Below are positions 47,306 to 57,786 of a DNA stretch of 64,000 nucleotides, one piece after another. The stretch lies in the IMG/VR virus record IMGVR_UViG_3300031992_000028. One strand, written 5' to 3'. Under the pieces are notes generated by a model. That model was not told the origin of the DNA. It searched no databases and worked only from the letters and a program-made list of their open reading frames with translations. The stretch is from a virus. Lineage: Duplodnaviria > Caudoviricetes. Both the position numbers and the translations under genes were made by a program. Numbering within the stretch: the stretch's first letter is position 1; the number at the start of each line of letters is the position of its first letter.

Positions 47306-47387
47306 TTAAAAAATAATAAAAGTATTAAAAAGGGGCTAAACCGGCCTCTTTTTTGTTGTATAATAAAATATAGCGAGGTAAATTATT

Positions 47388-48284
47388 ATGGAATTACTTG
47401 GAAAAGTTCGTAATGGTAATTATGATATTTATATGTTTTCTGACGGTACAAAGGTTAGAAAAAATAATTTAGATTGTTTTATTCCTGATAAGCCAGAAAG
47501 TATGGATTATAAAATTACAAATAAATGTGATAAAGGTTGTGCATTTTGTCATGAAGATAGCAGACCAGATGGCCAACATGGCGATATTATGCATGATAAG
47601 TTTATTGAAACATTAAATCCGTATACTGAATTAGCAATTGGTGGTGGAAATCCTTTAGAGCACCCTGATTTAATTAAGTTTTTAAGAAAATGTAAAAAAC
47701 TTAGACTTATTCTAAATATGACTGTTAATCAAGTTCATTTTATGAAACACTTTGATGAGATTAAGAGAATGATTGATGAGCATTTAATTTATGGTTTAGG
47801 CGTTTCTTTAGTTACTATTACAGATGAATTTATTAAAAAAGTTCAACAAATTCCAACTGCAGTTATCCACATGATTAATGGAGTTCATTCAGTTGAAGAC
47901 TTTAAGAAACTTTATGATAAAAATTTAAAAATTTTAATTCTTGGCTATAAAGAATTTAGACGTGGTAAAGCTTATTATAACGAAGAAGTTGAATTTGAAA
48001 AAGAAAGGCTTTATGTATTTTTACCAGAAGTTGTAGAGCATTTTAAAGTTGTTAGTTTTGACAATTTAGCTCTTGACCAATTAAAAGTCAAAGATATGTT
48101 ATCTAAAGCTGAATGGGATCAATTTTTCATGGGAAATGATGGTACTTTTACGATGTATGTAGATTCTGTAAATAAAACATTTAGTAGAAGCTCTACCACA
48201 CCTATTGAACAAAGACATGCCATGTTAGATGATATTAAACCAATGTTTGACCAAATTCGTTCAGAAAGTCAAACAAGTTTATAA
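47388..48284 (+). CDS. radical SAM enzyme
   Basis: ITNKCDKGCAFCHE (CxxxCxxC), AIGGGNPLEHP. Confidence 0.9.
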   Translation: MELLGKVRNGNYDIYMFSDGTKVRKNNLDCFIPDKPESMDYKITNKCDKGCAFCHEDSRPDGQHGDIMHDKFIETLNPYTELAIGGGNPLEHPDLIKFLRKCKKLRLILNMTVNQVHFMKHFDEIKRMIDEHLIYGLGVSLVTITDEFIKKVQQIPTAVIHMINGVHSVEDFKKLYDKNLKILILGYKEFRRGKAYYNEEVEFEKERLYVFLPEVVEHFKVVSFDNLALDQLKVKDMLSKAEWDQFFMGNDGTFTMYVDSVNKTFSRSSTTPIEQRHAMLDDIKPMFDQIRSESQTSL

Positions 48285-48325
48285 AAGCTATTTACAAAAG
48301 TAATTAATTGTGATATAATATAATT

Positions 48326-48793
48326 ATGAAAGATATAGTTAAATACCCAAATCCAATTTTAAGAGAAATTTCAGAGCCTGTTAAACTTCCTCTATCTAAG
48401 GAAGACAGACTGCTTTTAGATGAAATGTTTTCTTATATAAAAGATCCAAGTCATAATGCAGTTGGTCTATCAGCGGTTCAAGTTGGTATTTTAAAAAGAA
48501 TGTGCGCCATTAGGATTACGGGTGAAAAAACTATTAGTTATAAATTAGTTAATCCAAGAATTATTAGACATAGTTCAAAACAAACATTTGTTCCAGAAGG
48601 CTGTTTATCTGTCTTAGAAGAGCATGATGAAAATATTCCAAGATGGGAAAGTGTTACAGTTATGGCTTATGATGCTATTCAAAATAAAAATATTATGATT
48701 AATGCTTATGGTTGGGAAGCAAAAGTTTTACAACATGAAATTGATCATATGGATGGTAAGTTATATATAGACTACATTAAGGAGTTTGACTAA
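48326..48793 (+). CDS. def: peptide deformylase
   Basis: GLSAVQVG, EGCLS, QHEIDHMDG. Confidence 0.95.
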   Translation: MKDIVKYPNPILREISEPVKLPLSKEDRLLLDEMFSYIKDPSHNAVGLSAVQVGILKRMCAIRITGEKTISYKLVNPRIIRHSSKQTFVPEGCLSVLEEHDENIPRWESVTVMAYDAIQNKNIMINAYGWEAKVLQHEIDHMDGKLYIDYIKEFD

Positions 48794-49071
48794 TGGAATT
48801 TAAACCAAACTATAAAACAGAGGATGGATTATTTGAAATAATGCTTGATAAAAGCACATTAACTTTAGAGCATCCAGAAGCAAGAGAAAACTGGGTATCT
48901 AAAGATATTACTTCTTCTACAAAAATAACTGTTTATAATACTAAAACTAAAGCTTTAAGTCAAAAGTCAATTTATTATAGTAAAACAAAAGGTTTTTATT
49001 TTAAGGGACACTATGGCTATTGGAATAATTATAGTTATAGTATCAGCGAATTAATACCAATAGAGGAATAG
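48793..49071 (+). CDS. hypothetical protein
   Basis: TAATG-coupled ORF. Confidence 0.65.
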   Translation: MEFKPNYKTEDGLFEIMLDKSTLTLEHPEARENWVSKDITSSTKITVYNTKTKALSQKSIYYSKTKGFYFKGHYGYWNNYSYSISELIPIEE

Positions 49072-49074
49072 CAA

Positions 49075-50406
49075 ATGTTATTAGAATTTAAAGAATTTTA
49101 TGATAAAATTACTGCAGAAGCTGGACGAAATTATAAAATTTCGGTTTTAGAAGAATATTGCAAATCTAAAGATATTTTATATCTTTTGGATTTTATTTAT
49201 AATCCTTATATTACAACTGGAATTTCAGATAAAAAAGTAAATAAAAAGTTTGATAAGGGAACAAAAACTAATGCTGACTGGAAGAACCCATATGAGCTTC
49301 CTAGTTTTAAGTCCTTATTGGAATATCTTAAAGTTAATAATACTGGTAGAGACTTTGATATTTTAACTGTACAGATTTGGGAAGATGTTGCTTTTTATGA
49401 AGCAGGTGAACAACTATATTCAGTAGCAGCACCAGATATTTGGCATAAGCTTTTTAATGATATTATTACAAAAAATGTTCAACTTGGTATTGACTCAAAA
49501 ACAATTAATAAAGTTATTCCAGGCTTGATTCCAGAATTTAATGTTCAATTAAGTAATAAATATTTTGATAAGCCAGAAGTAGTCGAAGGTAAAGAATTTG
49601 TTTTGACAACTAAGATTGATGGCAGTAGAATTATTGCTATGAAAGAAGAGGGCAAAGTCAGTTTTTGGACTCGTCAGGGACAAAAGTATGAAGGCCTCGT
49701 TGATTTAGAAGCCGCTTTATTAAAGTCTCCAGAAGATAATATTGTTTTAGACGGCGAAATAGTTGCCATTGACACAGCTAAAGAAGATACTTATAAAAAT
49801 ACTATGAAATTAAGCCGAACAAAAGATTTAGAAAAACATGGCTTAAAAATGTTGGTATTTGACTATATGCCGATAGCTAACTTTAAGATGCAGTGTTGTC
49901 CTCTTACTTACAGAGCAAGAAGAGCAACTTTATCTGCTATTTTTGATTTTAATGCTCAATATTTTAGATCTTATTTTGAATTATTACCAAAACTATATCA
50001 AGGCTCTGATACGAGTAAGATTATTGAGATTTTAGAAGACCAAGTTTCTAAAGGTGAAGAAGGTATTATGATAAACTTACTTGATGCGCCCTATGAATTT
50101 AAGAGAACTAATAATCTACTTAAAGTTAAAAAGTTCAAAGATACTGAAGTTGAGATTATTGGCTTTGAAGAAGGAACAAATAAATTAGTTGGAACTCTTG
50201 GTGCATTTATATGTAAGTATAAAGATAATGAAGTTAGAGTTGGCTCAGGTTTAACAGATGAAGATAGAGCTTATTTTTGGGCCAATAAAGACAAGTTTTT
50301 AGGTAAGTTTATTACAGTTAAATACTTTGAAACTTCTGTTGATTCTAAGACAGGTTTAGAAAGTTTAAGATTTCCAATATTTTTAAGAATAAGAGAGGAT
50401 ATTTAG
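49075..50406 (+). CDS. ATP-dependent DNA ligase
   Basis: KIDGSR, VLDGEI, EEGIMI, LLKVK, SLRFPIF. Confidence 0.95.
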   Translation: MLLEFKEFYDKITAEAGRNYKISVLEEYCKSKDILYLLDFIYNPYITTGISDKKVNKKFDKGTKTNADWKNPYELPSFKSLLEYLKVNNTGRDFDILTVQIWEDVAFYEAGEQLYSVAAPDIWHKLFNDIITKNVQLGIDSKTINKVIPGLIPEFNVQLSNKYFDKPEVVEGKEFVLTTKIDGSRIIAMKEEGKVSFWTRQGQKYEGLVDLEAALLKSPEDNIVLDGEIVAIDTAKEDTYKNTMKLSRTKDLEKHGLKMLVFDYMPIANFKMQCCPLTYRARRATLSAIFDFNAQYFRSYFELLPKLYQGSDTSKIIEILEDQVSKGEEGIMINLLDAPYEFKRTNNLLKVKKFKDTEVEIIGFEEGTNKLVGTLGAFICKYKDNEVRVGSGLTDEDRAYFWANKDKFLGKFITVKYFETSVDSKTGLESLRFPIFLRIREDI

Positions 50407-50408
50407 AT

Positions 50409-51121
50409 ATGGCAAATGGAAGACACGGTTTAGGAATTAGTCCAGCAGCATCAAATTTAACATCACCATGCCCAAGAATGATTGATGCTTATTTTAGGCA
50501 ACAGCTTATGTATAATAGGGTTGCTCCAGATAATCCAAACTGTAAGGATAATTTTTATGTTAAATATACTAAAACGCTTAATCATTCAGACAATCCAATT
50601 AAACCCGATTTAGCAAATATTTCATGTACTTCACATATTATTGTAGACCTATACACAGGTGCAATTATAGATAGTTATTTTAAAATTAATAAAGGTAGTC
50701 CAATTAGATCATACACAGATTGTCCTAATATAGCTAGTTTACAGCTGGTTTTTAAGTGGCACTTAAATCTAGTTCATATGACGCGTGAATATATTAAATG
50801 TGGTTGGTTACAGAGAGATTCTGTTAAAAAAGAAATTGAAAAGTCAAAAGCAAGCTGTTATATTATTAATAAAGTTGGTACTACTAACTTATTAAATAAA
50901 GCAAAGCCAGATGAATTATGTTAGTTACAATAAGATTTAAAGATAAAGATACTTTACTTTGTGATAGCTTAGATAATCTTACTTTTAAGCTTAATGAAGA
51001 AAAGCAAGAGTTAGAAATTTATAAAGACGGAAAATTCCAAGGATATTATTGCAGTATTTTAGGTATAACTGAAGATGAATTTATAAAGTATATTCAAGAT
51101 CAGCAAATAGAGATAATTTAA
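50409..51121 (+). other. two hypothetical genes (50409, 50918)
   Basis: Contiguous ORFs. Confidence 0.65.
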
Positions 51122-51178
51122 AAAAGGGGTTTACAAAGCCTCTTTTTTGTTGTATAATATTATTAGAGGATTTAAAAC

Positions 51179-52672
51179 ATGTTCAAAAAGCAAATTGAAT
51201 TTAGACAATTAAAACCTATCTTATATAAACCGGGTGAAGAACCAGAAGCGTCTGGTAGTTTTAATTTTGGCATTGATAATAGATTATATAGAAGTTTAAT
51301 GAAACTTTTTGAAACTTTTTATATTTATACAAAGCCAAGAAGAGAGTTATTCTTAGTTGGTGGCTGCGTTCGTGATATGCTTTTAGATAAAGAACCAAAA
51401 GATTATGATTTATGCACAAATGCAACACCAGATGAAGTTAAACAAATCTGTGATAAAATTGGTTTAAAGTATTTTGATTCCGGCATTAAACATGGCACTT
51501 TAACGATTATTGATGATTTTTATGGTCAAAGCTATGAAATTACTACTTATAGAGTTGATGGTAAATATACAGATGGTCGTCACCCAGATGAAGTAGTTTT
51601 CACGCCAAGCTTAGAAGAAGACTTAAAGCGCCGTGATTTTACAATTAACTCTTTTGCTTATAACTTATTAACTCAAGAGTTAGTTATGTTAGATGAGTCT
51701 TATTTAAAAGATTTAGAATATGGTGTCATTAGAACAGTAGGTAATCCAATTGATAGATTTAATGAAGATGCTTTAAGAATGCTTAGAGCTTTAAGATTTG
51801 CAGCACAATTAAACTTTACTATTCAAAGAGATACTTATGCTGCTATTAAAGAATTAGCTCCAAAAATTGCTTTAGTTTCAAAAGAGAGAATTAGAGATGA
51901 AATTACAAAAATTCTTTTAAGCAATAAACCAGATATGTTAAAGTTATTTGTTTTATCAGGTCTTGAGGAACCAGCATTTGGGTTTACTCCACTTGGTGAT
52001 ATGATGAAATGTGATCATCAAAATCCATGGCATTATGCAGATGTTTTTCATCATACAATGGATGTTGTAAATGGTGTTCCTGCTACATTCGAACTTAGAT
52101 GGGCTGCATTATTACATGATACTGGTAAACCAGCTACAAAAGCTTTGAAAGAAGGCACTGTTGATCATTATAACTATCATGGTCATCCAGATGTTTCAGC
52201 TGAAATTACCTTAAGACTTATGGAAATCTTAAAATTTTCAAATGAGCAAAAAGATACTGTTTATAAGTTTGTTAAATATCATGATGAACCTCTTGCAGAA
52301 GTAAGAAATGCAAAGTTTAAAACAATTGTTAATGAAATTGGCAAAGAGAATTTTCCAGACTTTATTAAACTAAGAGCAGCAGATAGTTTTGCTCATAGAC
52401 TTTTAATGGATACTAAATTTGCAGTTGATTTTCCAGATATTGTAAAAGAAAGATTTACCAAAATTGTTGAAGAAGACCAAGCATTAAAAGTTACAGATTT
52501 AGCTATTAATGGTAATGATATTCTTGCAGATGGTTTTTTAAAGGGAAAAGAAATTGGCGACTGCTTAAGATGGATGCTAGATATTGTCTTAGAACATCCA
52601 GAATATAATACAAGAGATAAATTACTTGAGTATTTACAGATGTTTAAAGATATGTCATTTCAAAACAGTTAA
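51179..52672 (+). CDS. cca: CCA-adding tRNA nucleotidyltransferase with HD domain
   Basis: VGGCVRD, DYD, RRDFTIN, EDALRMLRALRF, ERIRDE, LLHDTGK. Confidence 0.92.
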   Translation: MFKKQIEFRQLKPILYKPGEEPEASGSFNFGIDNRLYRSLMKLFETFYIYTKPRRELFLVGGCVRDMLLDKEPKDYDLCTNATPDEVKQICDKIGLKYFDSGIKHGTLTIIDDFYGQSYEITTYRVDGKYTDGRHPDEVVFTPSLEEDLKRRDFTINSFAYNLLTQELVMLDESYLKDLEYGVIRTVGNPIDRFNEDALRMLRALRFAAQLNFTIQRDTYAAIKELAPKIALVSKERIRDEITKILLSNKPDMLKLFVLSGLEEPAFGFTPLGDMMKCDHQNPWHYADVFHHTMDVVNGVPATFELRWAALLHDTGKPATKALKEGTVDHYNYHGHPDVSAEITLRLMEILKFSNEQKDTVYKFVKYHDEPLAEVRNAKFKTIVNEIGKENFPDFIKLRAADSFAHRLLMDTKFAVDFPDIVKERFTKIVEEDQALKVTDLAINGNDILADGFLKGKEIGDCLRWMLDIVLEHPEYNTRDKLLEYLQMFKDMSFQNS

Positions 52673-52755
52673 ATAAAAGTTGAAAAGGGGGTTTACAAAC
52701 CCTCTTTTTTGTTGTATAATATAAATAGAGAAATTCTCAAGAAAGGAGAATTATT

Positions 52756-53931
52756 ATGAGAGCACTTACAGATGAAGAAATGAAAGCATTTAATGAAGAA
52801 CTTACAAAGCATGCAGTATCTCTTGGTATTACAGTAGAAGACTTTGAGGCTCTTGTTGAAGATTTTAAAAATAAAAGATCTAATAAGGCTTTAAAAGATT
52901 TAATGTCTCCAATGTATCAAATGATTGCTGACGTAGATGAACTTAAATGGTTTTTTGATCATATTGTTCAAAAGCCACAAGTTAATGAATCTTATTCAGC
53001 TGTTTTTGTTAGCCGTCATAAGAAGCTTACAAAAGAAGAACAAGAGACTGTTGGGCTTACAAGAAAAGAAGCAGAATTTTTAGCCACACAAACTTTTAGA
53101 TTGGCTGGATTTAAGGATGCTTTAAATATTGATGAAGAAAATAGTTGGACTTTTGATAGGTTTTTACAAAGATTAAAAAAATTTAATGTTGATAAAGGAG
53201 CTTACACAACTTCCAAAGGCGCACCAATTCCAAGTAAGACTTTAGCTATTATTTTCTACGTAAATCCCTGCGATGATATTAAAGTTGTTAGAGAATTTGT
53301 TAATCAATATTTAGACGTTAATCAAGCCATTTCTAAGGCTATGTTAGGCGGAAAAACTACAATTGATAATTTACATAGCTATCAATGGTTTGGTAATGCG
53401 GAGAATAATTTAAAGCATCTTAAAGCAAATCAAAAAGGAACTAGATATTGGTTAGACTTTGATATTGATGTTCCAGCTTGGTTTAAGAAAGGTGATTTAG
53501 CTAACTTAGGCAAAGGTCTTGATGCTATTGGTTATTGGCCAGATGTTTTTGATGATAAAAAACAGGCTCAAAGAGAAGCAGCTATTGAAAAGGTTAAAGC
53601 TGATTGCTATGATAAATATTATAGAAAATTAACTGAATTATTCAATGAAACTTTTGGCAAAGGTAATTATGTTGTTGTTGATACTTCTGGCGGTTATCAT
53701 ATTTTAGTTAAAACTTCTGTGATCAAGGCTGATCCACATAAAATTTGTAAAGCTGTTACAGCTATTTATAATCAAGGCGTAGCAGATGGTAATCCAGAAT
53801 ATTTAGATGAAAAAGGTGTTTGCAAATTTGAGTGTATTGTTAATGATTCTCAAATTCCAGGTATTCCACTCCCAGGAACTTTTCAATATGATAGGCCTAT
53901 TACTGTCTTAAATAAGGGAGACTTTGAATAA
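52756..53931 (+). CDS. hypothetical protein with AEP/prim-pol-like motifs
   Basis: WLDFDID and TSGGYHIL resemble AEP motifs I and II. Confidence 0.45.
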   Translation: MRALTDEEMKAFNEELTKHAVSLGITVEDFEALVEDFKNKRSNKALKDLMSPMYQMIADVDELKWFFDHIVQKPQVNESYSAVFVSRHKKLTKEEQETVGLTRKEAEFLATQTFRLAGFKDALNIDEENSWTFDRFLQRLKKFNVDKGAYTTSKGAPIPSKTLAIIFYVNPCDDIKVVREFVNQYLDVNQAISKAMLGGKTTIDNLHSYQWFGNAENNLKHLKANQKGTRYWLDFDIDVPAWFKKGDLANLGKGLDAIGYWPDVFDDKKQAQREAAIEKVKADCYDKYYRKLTELFNETFGKGNYVVVDTSGGYHILVKTSVIKADPHKICKAVTAIYNQGVADGNPEYLDEKGVCKFECIVNDSQIPGIPLPGTFQYDRPITVLNKGDFE

Positions 53932-55141
53932 TGACAAAAGAAGATTTACTAGAACTACTAGATTGTAATTATGTATATGTTGCTTTGCATAATTGTGATT
54001 TTGGAGATGTAAGCGATTATTTTATTGTTGCATTAGAAATTGATAAGCTAACAGCTAATGGCATAGTTGTTAAAGAAAATGAATATGAAATTACATTTAT
54101 TCCATATGAAGGATTTAAAAAATATTGGGCTATAAATAAGAAGGACCTTGAATAATGAGTCGTGTGAGAACAACTAATACAGACCACTCATATTATCGAG
54201 CTGCTGAGCGCTGTGGCTGGGGAAAACGAAAAGCCAGGGATATGATGAAAGCCGCGCAACGCTATGGAAAAATGTATGGAAATTTGCCAGATGGTGACTT
54301 GCGAAGCTTTTTAGAAGCTAGACAAGTTGGGCAGCACAGAAGAATAAAATACTACGCTGGATATATCTTTGTATTTGCTTCTACTAGTACACGTTGCATA
54401 ACAGTATATCCATATCCAAAAGAGCTAGAAAAGATAACAAATTAATGTTATCTTTTTTTAATTGTATAATATAAAGAAGATGTGTGAGGTTTTTATTTAT
54501 GAATAAATATTTAGATGCACTTTGAGAATTAAAATTAAGAGTAGATGCTTATAATGAATATGATGATAAAGCAAATGAGGCTTTTTATATTTTAAAGACA
54601 TTTATTCAAGAGGCTTTATTGAAAGAAGAAGCAAGAAAAGAAATTAGTGATGATTATTACGATATTACTGAGGCTATTGAATTTATGAAAAAACATGTTG
54701 AGGTTCAAGACCACCCTGATATGTTTTTCCATCGTGAACAGCCAGAACGTGTAGTAATCGATTTAAGATACCTAATTGATACTGGTGATTGGGCAAAGAA
54801 ACCAGAAAACATAGAAGAGAATAATGAAGGCTATAATTTAGTTAAACGTGTATTAGGCCTACCTGAATACAAAGGGGAATAATATGACAAAAGATGAATT
54901 TTTAAAATTAATTGAGCATGATTCAGTTGAAGTGCATGAATTAACTAAGAATGAAGCATATATCGTTGAAGTTGAGGTTGGAGACATGCCCAAAGAAAAT
55001 GTCTACCAATTCTTAAATGTACTAGCAGAAAAATTTACCAGCTTTGGTTTGCAAGATACTATTTTTGTCCCAATATGTCATGGCGCCGGTAAATTTACAT
55101 TCTTTAGAGTAAAAGACAGAAAAGTCTTAGAGGCAGAATAA
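53931..55141 (+). other. hypothetical genes (53931, 54155, 54499 [code 4, one TGA], 54884)
   Basis: Contiguous ORFs; ATG54499 is in frame with track ORF 54619. Confidence 0.7.
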
Positions 55142-55142
55142 T

Positions 55143-55565
55143 ATGTTAATAGATGAACTTAAGAAAGCAAATATTGAAGCAATGAAAGAGAGAAATGCTA
55201 ACAAAAGAGCTATTTTTTCTGTTGTTATCAACAAATATACAAATGCTAGTATAGAAGCAAAAGCAGCTGGAAAAGAGCTTACAGATGCTGATATGTTAGC
55301 AATTATACAAAAAACCATTAAAGAGCTAAACGATGAAGCTGAGAGCTTTATTAAAGCAGATAGACATGATAGAGCTGCTGAGATTATGCAGCAACTTGCC
55401 TATATTCATAATTACTTACCAAAACAGCTTACAGAGGATGAAATTAAAGCTGAGATAGATAAATTAGCTGATAAATCAATTTCAAGTGTTATGAAGCATT
55501 TTAAGACTAATTTTGCAGGTCAAGTCGATATGTCTGTGGTCAGCAGGATTGCAAGAGGAGCATAG
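55143..55565 (+). CDS. GatB/YqeY domain protein
   Basis: AMKER..IIQKTIK..YLPKQLTEDEI..GQVDMSVVS. Confidence 0.9.
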   Translation: MLIDELKKANIEAMKERNANKRAIFSVVINKYTNASIEAKAAGKELTDADMLAIIQKTIKELNDEAESFIKADRHDRAAEIMQQLAYIHNYLPKQLTEDEIKAEIDKLADKSISSVMKHFKTNFAGQVDMSVVSRIARGA

Positions 55566-55566
55566 T

Positions 55567-56070
55567 ATGGCTGAAGAAATTAAAGAACTAACTATTGATG
55601 AGTGTAGAACTCAAACTCAAAAGCATATTGACTTAGTTAATAAATTAGGTCGTATTTATATTAATGAGCTTAATACTAGACTCGCTAATCACGACAAGTC
55701 TAAATTAGAAAGCCCAGAAGTTGAAGAATTTGCCAAGGTTACAAATGGTCTTGCGTCAACTACTTATGGTAGTGATGAATATATGAAATTTTTAAAGGAG
55801 GATTTAGCTCTTGCTCTTGAGCATCACTATGCTCATAATCGTCATCATCCAGAGCACTTTGGTGAGCGTGGTGTTGATGCTATGAATTTGTTCGATTTAG
55901 TTGAAATGTTCTTAGATTGGCTTGCTGCTTCTAAAAGACAAAATAATGGTAATTTAATGGTTAGCATTGATAAGTCTTGTGAAAGATTTAATATTACTGG
56001 TACATTAGCTAATATTCTTAGAAATACTGTTGATTACTTTGATGCTATTTTAAGCGCGGAGGATAAATAA
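55567..56070 (+). CDS. HD-like protein (DUF5662-type), second copy
   Basis: HDKSKL..HHYAHNRHHPEHF..EMFLDW. Confidence 0.8.
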   Translation: MAEEIKELTIDECRTQTQKHIDLVNKLGRIYINELNTRLANHDKSKLESPEVEEFAKVTNGLASTTYGSDEYMKFLKEDLALALEHHYAHNRHHPEHFGERGVDAMNLFDLVEMFLDWLAASKRQNNGNLMVSIDKSCERFNITGTLANILRNTVDYFDAILSAEDK

Positions 56071-56071
56071 G

Positions 56072-56461
56072 ATGTTTTATGAATTATACGACTGAGATAC
56101 TGATAATAATGAAAAAGAATATCATTTAATTAACTTAGATGAAGTAATTCAAGTTAATAAGACAAATGGTATTTATGAAATAAGAAATTCAAGAACAGGC
56201 AGAGTAGAAAAATACTATAGATTTGTGGTCTATTATACTGGTAAAGGCAATAGCTGGACATTCTATTATAGAAGTGAATCTGAAAGGCATCTTGCTTATG
56301 AAAATTTAAAGCAAGCAATGAGAGATTATGGTTTGTTACCAAAAGTGCCCGAAAACCCTAACGATGTTTCAAATATTTTAAAAGAAGATCTTCACCCATT
56401 AGAAGATTTGCTAAGAAACCCACCTCTTAGTGATATTCCAGATGTAAAATTATGCGAGTAG
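56072..56461 (+). CDS. hypothetical protein (code 4)
   Basis: ATG56072, one TGA, in frame with track ORF 56225. Confidence 0.7.
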
Positions 56462-57087
56462 TATTCTTAGATATAGATGGCGTATTAAATGCTGATTGCG
56501 ATTTTGGAGGCAAGTCGAAACCTAATCCATATGTATCTTCTGACGATGGAAATAGATATTGTGGTATTTGTAGAACACATGTTAAATTACTAAAGAAAAT
56601 AGTAGATAGAACAGATGCAAAATTAGTATTAACTTCTTCATGAAAAAATGATTATAATGATTATATAAGACACGGTTATTTTAATAGAGTTGGAAAATAT
56701 TTACACAATAAGTTAAGAGCATTTGGTCTTAGCATCTATGACACAACAATTAAATATGATTTCAGTAGTGGAAAGAATCGCGGCTATGAAATAAGTCAGT
56801 GATTAGAAGACCACCCAGAAGTAGATAGATGGGTTGTATTAGATGATGAAAAATTTAGTGATTATGATTTTTTAAAGATAACGCCAAATTTAATTTTAAC
56901 AGATTCGGAATATGGTTTATGAAAGCTTCCGGCACTTCAAGCAATTTATAAATTAACGGGTGAAAAAGATCCTTGGTTAGAGGCTCATGAAAAATTTGCT
57001 AAACTATGCAGCGAAATGATTACAGTAGTTATTCCAGAAGTAAAAGAACAAGAGCTTGTAATTGTTGAGCCAGAAATGGAGGACTAA
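56452..57087 (+). CDS. HAD-family phosphatase of RNA-repair type (code 4)
   Basis: FLDIDGVLN, LTSS(TGA)K, RGYEISQ(TGA)LEDHP, VVLDD. Confidence 0.88.
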
Positions 57088-57091
57088 TACT

Positions 57092-57331
57092 ATGGATTAT
57101 GAGTGGCTAGTAAATAAGCTTGTTAACAATGAATATGTAGAAGATGGCCCAGAGTTAGAGAAGGCTGAATGTGAGCAGGTATTGAAGCTTGTTTCAGAAA
57201 AAACAGGTAAAACACATATGTTAATTGTTAATGTTAACATTGATTTGCATGAAATTAGTTATGACTACATTTTAGATGATAATGCTAAGAATGAAGTGGT
57301 AATTCAAGAATGAGATAATAGATACCTATAA
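57092..57331 (+). CDS. hypothetical protein
   Basis: GGAGG SD; TGA57311 read through to TAA. Confidence 0.65.
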
Positions 57332-57359
57332 AATGGTATCTTTTTTATTGTATAATATA

Positions 57360-57510
57360 ATAACTAGATAGATGTGCCGTGATCGGCATATCGGGGACGT
57401 GCAAGATGCTGGTGCGTTAATTATTGAAAGGCGTCAACGCATGAATATCTGAAAAAACTAGTTAAGTAGGATATTGGGAACGGAGTAATTAACCGTTCTT
57501 TTCTTTTTTA
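57360..57510 (+). ncRNA. candidate structured small RNA
   Basis: TTGTATAAT promoter; TAACTAG/CTAGTTA enclosing GATGTGCCG/CGGCATATC; terminator GAACGG..CCGTTC-T run. Confidence 0.6.
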
Positions 57511-57526
57511 TATTGTATAATATATT

Positions 57527-57752
57527 GATAAGTTCGGAGCGATACAGCTTTAAAACCAGGAACCGCGCTTATTGCTGGAGAACAGGCCTAACATACGGGG
57601 CACGTAAAGTTCAAAGGTGAATATTGATTTTGTACATTTATCCTAGGTATTAACGTATGTATGTTCAAAGCGATTGGCGCTTGACCGTAGAGAACATTAT
57701 TATATTGTGAAAAAGCGTAATAGCAGTAGGTGTACAACTATTGCTATTTTTT
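57527..57752 (+). ncRNA. candidate structured small RNA
   Basis: Own promoter; terminator AATAGCAGTAG..CTATTGCTATT; no ORF; ACATACG/CGTATGT stem. Confidence 0.5.
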
Positions 57753-57786
57753 TGTTTCTTATCGTATAATAATATTGAGGAAAAAT

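Noticed and set aside
54155-54445. RelE-like toxin call from the H..R..ER pattern
   Set aside because: The motif is too short and no antitoxin is evident; left as hypothetical.
40821-56802. TGA as Gly (code 25) or selenocysteine; TAG recoding (code 15)
   Set aside because: The informative TGAs match conserved Trp positions; TAG cleanly ends genes such as nrdD and the helicase.
54-57087. Fragmented ORFs read as pseudogenes
   Set aside because: Every break examined is an in-frame TGA with no frameshift, and conserved motifs continue past it.
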